This document shows positions 48,753-58,824 of a DNA stretch of 64,000 nucleotides, piece by piece. How positions within the stretch are numbered: position 1 is the stretch's first letter; every line of letters begins with the position of its first letter. Made by a program: the position numbers and the translations under genes. The notes beneath the pieces were generated by a model that saw only the letters and a program-made list of their open reading frames with translations, did no database searches and was not told where the DNA came from. The stretch spans positions 1 to 64,000 of the forward strand of contig CM102286.1 of NCBI GenBank assembly GCA_046563655.1, given 5' to 3'. Source of the DNA: Yuukianura sp. NJ FZ-2021. Taxonomy: Eukaryota.

Positions 48753-50940
48753 TATCCTTTCAAATATTTAATCCTTATTTCTAGGCTTCGAATCATTCGC
48801 AACTTTTTATCTTTTCAAATATTTAATCCTTACTTTTAAGCTTCGAATCCTCCGCAATTTTTTCTATCCTTTTAACCATTAAATTCTTAGTTCTAACCTT
48901 CAAATCCTTCGCCTCTTTCTATGTTTTTAACCATTAACTTCGTAGTTCTAAGCTTCGAATCCTTCGCCTCTTTCTATGTTTTTAACCATTAACTTCGTAG
49001 TTCTAAGCTTCGAATCCTTCGCCACTTTCTATCTTTTTAACCATTAAATTCTTAGTTCTAAGCTTCGAATCCTTCGCCACTTTCTATCTTTTTAACCATT
49101 AAATTCTTAGTTCTAAGCTTCGAATCCTTCGCCACTTTCTATCTTTTTAACCATTAAATTCTTAGTTCTAAGCTTCGAATCCTTCGCCACTTTCTATCTT
49201 TTTAACCATTAAATTCTTAGTTCTAAGCTTCGAATCCTTCGCCACTTTCTATCTTTTTAACCATTAAATTCTTAGTTCTAAGCTTCGAATCCTTCGCCAC
49301 TTTCTATCTTTTTAACCATTAAATTCTTAGTTCTAAGCTTCGAATCCTTCGCCACTTTCTATCTTTTTAACCATTAAATTCTTAGTTCTAAGCTTCGAAT
49401 CCTTCGCCACTTTCTATCTTTTTAACCATTAAATTCTTAGTTCTAAGCTTCGAATCCTTCGCCACTTTCTATCTTTTTAACCATTAAATTCTTAGTTCTA
49501 AGCTTCGAATCCTTCGCCACTTTCTATCTTTTTAACCATTAAATTCTTAGTTCTAAGCTTCGAATCCTTCGCCACTTTCTATCTTTTTAACCATTAAATT
49601 CTTAGTTCTAAGCTTCGAATCCTTCGCCACTTTCTATCTTTTTAACCATTAAATTCTTAGTTCTAAGCTTCGAATCCTTCGCCACTTTCTATCTTTTTAA
49701 CCATTAAATTCTTAGTTCTAAGCTTCGAATCCTTCGCCACTTTCTATCTTTTTAACCATTAAATTCTTAGTTCTAAGCTTCGAATCCTTCGCCACTTTCT
49801 ATCTTTTTAACCATTAAATTCTTAGTTCTAAGCTTCGAATCCTTCGCCACTTTCTATCTTTTTAACCATTAAATTCTTAGTTCTAAGCTTCGAATCCTTC
49901 GCCACTTTCTATCTTTTTAACCATTAAATTCTTAGTTCTAAGCTTCGAATCCTTCGCCACTTTCTATCTTTTTAACCATTAAATTCTTAGTTCTAAGCTT
50001 CGAATCCTTCGCCACTTTCTATCTTTTTAACCATTAAATTCTTAGTTCTAAGCTTCGAATCCTTCGCCACTTTCTATCTTTTTAACTACTAAATTCTTGG
50101 TTCTGAGCTTCGAATCCTTCGCCACTTTCTGTCTTTTTAACCATTAAATTCTTAGTTCTAAGCTTCGAATCCTTCGCCACTTTCTATCTTTTTAACCATT
50201 AAATTCTTAGTTCTAAGCTTCGAATCCTTCGCCACTTTCTATCTTTTTAACCATTAAATTCTTAGTTCTAAGCTTCGAATCCTTCGCCACTTTCTATCTT
50301 TTTAACCATTAAATTCTTAGTTCTAAGCTTCGAATCCTTCGCCACTTTCTATCTTTTTAACCATTAAATTCTTAGTTCTAAGCTTCGAATCCTTCGCCAC
50401 TTTCTATCTTTTTAACCATTAAATTCTTAGTTCTAAGCTTCGAATCCTTCGCCACTTTCTATCTTTTTAACCATTAAAATCTTCTAAGCTTCGAATCCTT
50501 CGCCACTTTCCATCTTTTTAACCATTAAATTCTTAGTTCTAAGCTTCGAATCCTTCGCCACTTTCTATCTTTTTAACCATTAAATTCTTAGTTCTAAGCT
50601 TCGAATCCTTCGCCACTTTCTATCTTTTTAACCATTAAATTCTTAGTTCTAAGCTTCGAATCCTTCGCCACTTTCTATCTTTTTAACCATTAAATTCTTA
50701 GTTCTAAGCTTCGAATCCTTCGCCACTTTCTATCTTTTTAACCATTAAATTCTTAGTTCTAAGCTTCGAATCCTTCGCCACTTTCTATCTTTTTAACCAT
50801 TAAATTCTTAATTCTAAGCTTCGAATCCTTCGCCACTTTCTATCTTTTTAACCATTAAATTCTTAGTTCTAAGCTTCGAATCCTTCTCCACTTTCTTTCT
50901 TTTTAACCATTAAATTCTTAGTTCTAAGCTTCGAGTCCTT
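48753..50940. repeat. 55-bp satellite (ACCATTAAATTCTTAGTTCTAAGCTTCGAATCCTTCGCCACTTTCTATCTTTTTA), ~40 copies
   Basis: Period 55 (CCATT at 49041 and 49096). Homogeneous core with a diverged left edge. Confidence 0.97.
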
Positions 50941-50941
50941 A

Positions 50942-52050
50942 AAGGTATAATTTACATTCAGAGAGAAATTTTTTACAAAATTTATTCTTTGTTAAGGTGT
51001 CAATTCACTTTCAAAGAGAAATTTTTTACAAAATTTATTATTCTTTGTTAAGGTGTCAATTCACTTTCAGAGAGTAATTTCTTGTAAAATTTATTATTCT
51101 TTGTTTAGGTGTAAATTCACATTCGGAGACAAATTTTTTAAAGAATTTATTATTCTCTGTTAAGGTGTAAATTCACATTCGGAGACAAATTTTTTAAAGA
51201 ATTTATTATTCTCTGTTAAGGTGTAAATTCACATTCGGAGACAAATTTTTTAAAGAATTTATTATTCTCTGTTAAGGTGTAAATTCACATTCGGAGACAA
51301 ATTTTTTAAAGAATTTATTATTCTCTGTTAAGGTGTAAATTCACATTCGGAGACAAATTTTTTAAAGAATTTATTATTCTCTGTTAAGGTGTAAATTCAC
51401 ATTCGGAGACAAATTTTTTAAAGAATTTATTATTCTCTGTTAAGGTGTAAATTCACATTCGGAGACAAATTTTTTAAAGAATTTATTATTCTCTGTTAAG
51501 GTGTAAATTCACATTCGGAGACAAATTTTTTAAAGAATTTATTATTCTCTGTTAAGGTGTAAATTCACATTCGGAGACAAATTTTTTAAAGAATTTATTA
51601 TTCTCTGTTAAGGTGTAAATTCACATTCGGAGACAAATTTTTTAAAGAATTTATTATTCTCTGTTAAGGTGTAAATTCACATTCGGAGACAAATTTTTTA
51701 AAGAATTTATTATTCTCTGTTAAGGTGTAAATTCACATTCGGAGACAAATTTTTTAAAGAATTTATTATTCTCTGTTAAGGTGTAAATTCACATTCGGAG
51801 ACAAATTTTTTAAAGAATTTATTATTCTCTGTTAAGGTGTAAATTCACATTCGGAGACAAATTTTTTAAAGAATTTATTATTCTCTGTTAAGGTGTAAAT
51901 TCACATTCGGAGACAAATTTTTTAAAGAATTTATTATTCTCTGTTAAGGTGTAAATTCACATTCGGAGACAAATTTTTTAAAGAATTTATTATTCTCTGT
52001 TAAGGTGTAAATTCACATTCGGAGACAAATTTTTAAAAAAGTTTATTAGT
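50942..52050. repeat. 56-bp satellite (AAGGTGTAAATTCACATTCGGAGACAAATTTTTTAAAGAATTTATTATTCTCTGTT), ~20 copies
   Basis: Period 56 (ATTCGGAGAC at 51121 and 51177). The first units are diverged. Confidence 0.97.
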
Positions 52051-52968
52051 TAGTTTGTCGATATTTAAGTGACGGACTTTTTTCGTTTGAGATATTTGGT
52101 CATTTTGAAGTCCCCCCCCCCCTCCCAATACTGCGCCCGGCTAGTCCCTACGGCTGAGCTAAAAATAGCGAGGCTGAGTTCCTCCCACCCACACTACTGA
52201 AGGTGCTGCGATGAGTATTGGGAAGAGGTGCCGTTGCGGAAGTGAAGATGCGATCACGTGGCCTGACAGTGAAGCAATGGCCAACTTCCGGAAGAAGAAG
52301 GATGAACTGAAGTTGTACATGGAGAGAATGAACGAAGTCAAATGTAAGTCAATAATGTTCAGTATTCTTTAAAGAGTAATTTTGGTTGATTGACAGTTCC
52401 GGATGTGGTATGTGGTGAGAGCTTGATTGTTGATTCCTCCTCAATGTGTCTTTGGCCATGTCACTAATTGTGACAATAATATTTCCCTAGCTCTAAAAGG
52501 TTACAATTACAAAGAGTGTGTTGAGATGAGATACGATTTGTAGTTTTATATTGAAGATCCTAAACTTTTCTTGGTTCCTCCCCTGACTTCTTTATATTTT
52601 TGGACAGGAGTCAAAAGATTCGTAGAGAGGAAGAGACTTGGCATTAGTAAGCCAATTCTTGATTGAATCCCATTTAAGTTTACTCAAAAGTTATTTAGTG
52701 TAAAAGTTAATTATAATCAACTAAACTGGTCGTGTATTAGTTAAAGTTAAGATGGATTTAATAACGTCCAAGAATGTCCCACGTTCCGCAACTGGTAATG
52801 GCGATTCCAATTTTGAATGAATGTCTCTAAGTAAAGAGGTTTACATGATACGAATTACTAATTAAATTTTAATTAATTTTTTTGCTAAAGGGAGTCAACA
52901 GCCATCGAAACTTGGAGGGTACGTCGCAGGTCAGACGAGGAAAGGATCACGAACTCCAGATCAAAACA

Positions 52969-54649
52969 ATGTCAGACCCGGAACTCTTCTTGGAAGGTGC
53001 TTGCTATCATTTGGATACGTTCAAGAGGTCACCTCACTTGACCTCTTACCTCAAAGTCCACTCACTTTTGTTTTTCCTAAAACAGACAAGGAATACGAAC
53101 TAAAGGGAATCTACGGAAGATGTGTCTCTTGTGATACCGTTGTCGGAACTCAGCTCTGTCTCAGATGTACTTTCATTGGATGTGTCAAGGGAGGGCACTT
53201 GAAGGAACACTTCGAAAGTACTGGACACGAACTAGGTATTTAACTCACTCACTTCCTAAACTTAATTTTGTCTGATTGTCGATTGCTTTCTTTTTAGCCT
53301 CCAACTTGTCAAATGGATCCATCTACTGCTTCAACTGCTCAGACATCTTTGTTGATCGTCCAGGCACTCATTCACACACCCATTCTACGTAACTTCTTAT
53401 CAAGTGAAATCAACTGCTCAGAAAAACATGACATCGGGAAGAGGAAACCCTGCATTGTCAGTTTGGTTGCGGATCTATACCAAGAGGTTTGTAAAGTTGC
53501 TGAAAATGGGACCACAGTTCTCTCCTTTCTCATTAGCTCATTAATCTCATTAATCATGTGAAACTAATCCTGCTTTTGGTAACAGTTTTACAGTGGAAAG
53601 GAGACGGCGATGAGTTTGCATGATTTGCTGTTCAAGATTTGGGCCAATGCTTCTCATTTGGCTGGTTACGAGTAACAAGATGCCCATGAATTCTTCATCG
53701 CCATGCTAGATGCTCTTCATCTGCATTTCCATGCTCCTGATCTCAGAGGAATCTGTAACTGTGTCATCGATCTCACCTTCCTGCGCAAACTGGAATCAGC
53801 TGTTACTTGCATCAGTTGTGGGTAAGACTCTCCTATAAATAGCAGCACTGCAGCATTTAATTGAAATTGGTTCAGTTAAAACGTTTTTTTCGTTCTATGT
53901 AACCAGTCACAAATCCATCACTGTTGATCCATTCTGGGATACTTCACTTGACTTAATGACAGATGACCCCGGAGTAACATTGACCCTGAGTGATTGCCTC
54001 ACTCGCTACACGAGAGTGGAGCACTTGGGCTCCACTGCAAAGATTTGGTGTACAAAATGCAACAGCAACCAGGAATCAACGAAACAACTCAAGTTCAAAT
54101 CCCTTCCGATGGTTCTCTGTCTCCACCTCAAGGTAATTTAATTTATTACTAATTACTTTTGTAATTACTTTCAGTTCCAGTATACTAACAAAGTATTTTT
54201 TGTTTTGCAGCGGTTTGAGCACAGGACGAGCTATAAGAAGATTGACACGAGAGTGGAATTTCCCGAGCATCTGTCAATGTATGACTACACCTCGGACTCT
54301 GCCATCCAGGAAGAACCAGGCTCCAACCTCCGATCCAGTGTCAACAGACTAAGTGCCAAGTAAGTACTTTTTTACAAGTTTTTCAACTTTATAAGTTTCA
54401 AGTTTTTAAGTTTTGAGACTCCTAACCTAACTTTTTGTGACAGATATGTGCTGTATGCAGTGGTAAACCACGTGGGTTCGCTGGAAGGCGGTCACTATTT
54501 TACTTACATCCTGCACGCAGGGGACTTGGTACAAATGTGACGACCACTGGGTCACTATCGTCCATCAGTCAGAAGTACTCGCCAATCCAGGATACTTGCT
54601 CTTCTACCACAAACAACTCATCTCAAAACCCATTTCCATCTCACAGTAA
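52969..54649 (+). pseudogene. USP22: USP22/nonstop (SAGA deubiquitinase) pseudogene
   Basis: ZnF-UBP (CVSC..LCLRCTFIGC..HLKEH..GSIYCFNCSD), IVQALIHTPILRNF, HLAGYE*QDAHEFFIA (TAA at 53673), [38 protein letters not shown]. Frameshifts are present and the catalytic Cys box is absent. Confidence 0.9.
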
Positions 54650-54924
54650 ACCAATAGACTAATTCAGATTAACGATTAGGGTAGTTAAAAGTCAAGTTCA
54701 GAGGCTCATTGAGTTGAACACTCCCATTCAAAGGCAGTGACGCAGAGTTAAAGGGACTCTTTTTATGACACAAAAAGCAAAACAAGTTTGTTGATTTTTT
54801 TTTCAACTTTCTAAATAATTTGTCGATGATGAAGTCACTTTTGATTTTTAGAGTATCATATAATTAAATCTGTTAAAATGAGATACTTTGAAGAAAGTTG
54901 ATTCGTCATTTGCAGCCTTAGGAA

Positions 54925-55882
54925 CTTTAATGATTAATTTGGAACTTAAAATGGCAACTGACCATGCTGAAACAATTTTTGCAAGGTGTTGCATATTTTT
55001 CCAACATAAGAAACATTTACTTCAGTAATAACTCCATTGTAAGTCTTGTTTTCATTTAAAAATTCCATTTTCAAACGAAAACAAAAACTAGAAAGAAAGC
55101 TGGTGAAAGTAAGGTGGAGAAAGTGAAACTGGAAAGCATTTGACCTTTGAAGTTTGTTTGGACAGGTGAAAATTGATTTAGAGTTTGTGTTTTTAGAGTA
55201 GTAGAGTACTAGACAAAACTCAAAATAAAACTGAAAGTGGAGTCAACTGCTAAAAGGAGTCTCCCTGTTTTCAGGAACTTTCTGTGTTTTTCGCACTCAA
55301 GAAATTGAAGTTTTCCTAGTTTAATTGAAGTTTACGAAATGATGAAGGAAAAGCATGACAAATGACTTTTTACACAACAAAATTAATAAGTAAAACTGTC
55401 TTTCTTGTCTCTTCACACGAAGAAAACAATAATTTCAGCAATAATTGGCCTTTTTAGCCCTGTTTTCAGTTAAATGACCTAAAAAAGGCATTTTTTTAAC
55501 ACTCATAAGAAAAGGACAAAGAAAGTTTAGGGAAAGGATGCAAAAGAAGTGAAATTGAGCAGCTTTTGGTACTTTCACTTGGATTTTAGAAGCGAAAGTG
55601 CATGGAGAAGACGTGAGTTTGGTGTTCAAAAACCAAAATAAACTTGAAGTGGAGTGACCTCCATCCAATAGGATTCTGCCTGTGCGGAACTTTCTCCATT
55701 TTTTCACTCGAAATGTTTGTTTTTTGGGGGTTTGGAGTTGGGATGGTCCCCAATGCATTTTTTCCATTGCCACCCACTCCTTCCTCCAACATCCAACTCC
55801 AAAAGAGTAAAATCCAAAGGAATCCTACTCCTTTTCTCTTCGTATAAAAGGGAAGCTCACCAAGTTTTTCCTCTTCACTCAT
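54925..55882 (+). repeat. Cassette copy 3: module U + module A (TATA at 55843)
   Basis: Colinear with copies 1 and 2 from TTAATTTGGAACTTAAAATGG onward. Confidence 0.82.
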
Positions 55883-56059
55883 CAACACAGTGGAGCTTCC
55901 TCCGTTCTCGTCTGCTGTGGCCTTTGACCCTTCACTCTTGTTTTTCTTATGACTAAATCATTGACCCACAAGGTCAAGGTCATGGCAATTATGCAATGCT
56001 CATAGTCACTCCGTCATGCAGACTTTTGGTGGCATTTTGGTTCATTTGTTGGTTTTTGT

Positions 56060-56365
56060 GGAGTGATTGAGATTTTGGTTTGTTTTCCTTTTTTATGAAA
56101 GCAAAAAGAGTAAGATGCTACTCGTCTGGGTCTATTTATAACATTTCCCATTCCGAGTGCGGACCTAGTCGGCTAACAAGAATTCCGCAACAATTTTGGC
56201 TGCTGAGAGTCATTTTGTCTCAAGTCCAAGTGACCTTGAAGGCTAATTCTAAGAAAACAGCACAAACTGCAGCATGGTTATCTCAGCATTAGACATCGTG
56301 TAACTTGGACTTGAGACAAAATTGCGGGAACTCGCTTCCAAAATTCAAAATTTAAAATCAAAATT
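56060..56365 (-). promoter_or_regulatory. Diverged reverse module B + palindrome C (56212-56322)
   Basis: GATTTTGGTTTGTTTTCCTTTTTTATG..GTGCGGAC..AACAAG. Perfect 20-bp IR ATTTTGTCTCAAGTCCAAGT / ACTTGGACTTGAGACAAAAT, followed by GCGGGAA. Confidence 0.75.
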
Positions 56366-56493
56366 AATTCAGACATCAAATTCTTAAATTCAGTTTTCTT
56401 AAATTAGAATTAGGCTGATTGATTAATTTTAACTAATTAATTGGGTTTCCATTAACATCTCCGTCTGCGTTAACAACTGTTGGTGACCCAGCG

Positions 56494-56748
56494 ATGATCC
56501 CGGAACTGCGACAACCCGAGAAAACCGGCAATGTGAAATTGGACACCAGAATCGCTATAATTGGGACTGGGAGCGGAATTGCTGGTTTATCGACTGGACT
56601 TGCCCTGCACAACTCTGGATTTACTCAAGTAAGGATTTACGAACGACACGATTGTTTTGACCGGAGACGACAAGGGTATGGACTCACAATGCTACAAGGA
56701 AATAATACCCTCGCCTCAGAAGACTCAGACTCTAGAAAATGGAACTGA
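56494..56748 (+). pseudogene. FAD-dependent monooxygenase N-terminal (Rossmann) fragment
   Basis: RIAIIGTGSGIAGLSTGLAL..SGF..VRIYER...RRQGYGLTMLQG, followed by a stop. No downstream domain was seen. Confidence 0.65.
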
Positions 56749-57111
56749 TGCTGGAATGAGTTTTTTGAGGTGAGGAGACATGGAATCCGTGTGTGCCAAT
56801 TTGAATTCTAACTAATTCTAATTCTAGAATTGTCACCTCTTTTAGGCTTTTCCCGGAAACGGGACACTTTGTGTCCGTTGACCTCCTTCCAAGGGACAAT
56901 TTCCGAAGTGATTCTAAAACACAAAAGAATGGAACGGGAGTTTATTTAAGGAAGTGGGACACTTAAGGGACAGGTGAACAATGGAAAGTGGATCTCCCAA
57001 ATTAGTCCAGAAGCGGGATACACTTGAGGATGTGAGGACCCTTAAAAGGGCCCTCCACTCACTCGTCACTTTCAGTCTCACTTTCTCCAACCATCCCTCA
57101 TCTCAGTCGCA

Positions 57112-57831
57112 ATGGCTTTTCAAGTACTCGTAGTTGTTGGAATTGGTCTGTGTTTGTTTGGGGTCGTGACCTCTGACGAGGAGAAACGAGAGATGCCGAG
57201 TCAGTTTGCATACAGTTTGTACCGAGGAGGAGACAACGCAGCCTACAGCGCAGTTTCCTCTCCAGCCACCGACAGACAGAGTCAACTTCCGCCGTTGAAT
57301 GTGGCCATTGGGCCTGCTGCTCCGTCCACAACTGGATACGGAGGTGGGAACTACCAGGGCGTGGCTGGTGGCCCACCATACCCACCCTACGGATTCAAAG
57401 ACCCTGGATTCAGCGTCCAAACGGGATTCGAAGGATTCCTCGTAAGTTTAACTCATTTTTAAATTGTCTAACAATATAATATTTAGAAATATTTTAATAT
57501 TTAGCAATATGTATAATAAAAATTATATTAATGTGATATTTGTGGTTTGTAGGTGCCTAATCCTTGGTATGGAGCCATTTCATGGGGAATCGAAGGGATC
57601 GTGATAGCTGGGATTGCAGTTGTGTTTGTGCTTGCGCTCAAAGCAGGCATCATCTTCCTCCTTTTCAAGTTCTTTAAGTTCGGGAAGCTGTTCAAGGACG
57701 ACGAGGATGGCGCAGACGCTGGTCGATCTTACCTCCCCTCCATCTTGAGTTTAGACAACCTCCAGTCACTCACTACTTCTGTCATGGACGCCATCGACAA
57801 GTACAACGAACTCATCCGCGCAGACGCCTAA
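57112..57831 (+). CDS. Uncharacterised protein with signal peptide and transmembrane segment (2 exons)
   Basis: Exons 57112-57441 and 57553-57831 join in frame via GT-AG. Hydrophobic N-terminus, G/P/Y-rich stretch, TGFEGFL|VP, a hydrophobic segment and an AATAAA downstream. Confidence 0.75.
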
Positions 57832-58058
57832 GGGCCCCCCTCGTAACTTATTCTACAAATTTAATTTATGACCTCCCATTCACTCTCGAACGTACTTTGG
57901 AAGTGTTGATTGGAATAAATTGGAAAGTATTCTTAGAAGTTTTTTAATTGAATTGAGGAGCGTTAATTAGAGTGATGAAAGTTAATTGCCAATGTACACG
58001 TGGAGTCCCTATAAAGATCCCCTCTCCATGTTTCCACACTTCACTTTCTCTGGACACA

Positions 58059-58824
58059 ATGACCAAAATCATCTTGACTCTCGCCTGCCTCTGCGCAGTG
58101 ATTGCCACTGCTTCTGCCGTCAGTGAACAATAGTCTTTACAATTTTTAACTTTAACTTCAGCTCTTTGTTTTATTTTGAAATGTATTTTTAGAAGAACTG
58201 TTTGAGTGACTTCACTGCCAAGGAGAATCTGGTGGGGAAGCAGTTTGTGCGTGGAGAACCAAGGTTACTATAGCAACGCTTCTTTAAAGAGGTTAGGCAA
58301 TACCTCGATGTTTGAAAAAATCGCCAAAAAAAACAAAAAGTGGAACCAATTTGGAACCAATTTTGTTTACGAGTGTGAAAAACCAGTTTCATTTGGCAGA
58401 GCAGTGCATGGGAAGCCATGGAAGGATTTTTAATTTTCCATTTTTTAAATTCAAATTGCCATAACGACGACGACTGAACTTGGGTGAATTCGTTTTCGAA
58501 AATTTTGCTTAAAAAATTAGGAGCTCGAGCTATTGCCAAACCTCTTAAAGACCAACCTTGGTGGAGAACGGACTTCAGATGCCCCCGTCAAGTTCAACCC
58601 CAACTCCTCGGAGGTATGTTGAGCATTAGTTAATTAAATGTGAGGATTAATTACAGTTGAGAGTCAACTGCTGTGATCTGTTGTAGGTGAGGGAGGCTGA
58701 GCTGAATCTAGCCAAGTACCGCGTGGCGGGACCACGTCAAGCCATGACGATGGACTACTGGCCAAACAGAGTCAACTTCATCCTCGACCCAGACGGAATC
58801 ATCACAGACGTCTACTGCGGCTAA
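58059..58824 (+). pseudogene. Secreted peptidase inhibitor, I78-family-like, disrupted by a MITE
   Basis: Exons 58059-58118, 58193-58613 (minus the insert) and ~58687-58824 reconstruct MTKIILTLACLCAVIATASA|KNCLSDFTAKENLVGKQFVRGERTSDAPVKFNPNSSE|VREAELNLAKYRVAGPRQAMTMDYWPNRVNFILDPDGIITDVYCG*. TATA at ~58009. Confidence 0.75.
58260..58560. mobile_element. ~300-bp MITE with CAAGGTT termini and 9-bp TSD GTGGAGAAC
   Basis: GTGGAGAAC|CAAGGTT...TCTTTAAAGAGGTTAGGCAATACCTCGA ... TCGAGCTATTGCCAAACCTCTTAAAGACCAACCTTG|GTGGAGAAC. Removing it restores the reading frame. Confidence 0.88.

Larger units (their letters stand above)
48301..52198. mobile_element. Non-autonomous TIR element (AGTAGT termini, ~115-bp imperfect TIRs, 5-bp TSD GAAGG) filled with tandem repeats; Polinton/Maverick-like termini
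   Basis: GAAGG(48296-48300)|AGTAGTGTGG...CTATTTTTAGCTCAGCCGTAGGGACTAG...AAAATGACCAAATATC. The right end reads GATATTTGGTCATTTT...CTAGTCCCTACGGCTGAGCTAAAAATAG...CACACTACT|GAAGG(52199-52203). Confidence 0.8.

Noticed and set aside
48206..52345. Downstream exons as a continuation of DMAP1
   Set aside because: The splice phase does not fit, and the translations lack DMAP1 motifs expected after the SANT region.
42259..55956. Recurrent small ORFs (MAMEKMHVGTIP..., ...LELGWSPHAFFPLPPTP...) as a peptide family
   Set aside because: They are translations of module A on both strands, frames are not conserved between copies, and many use non-ATG starts.
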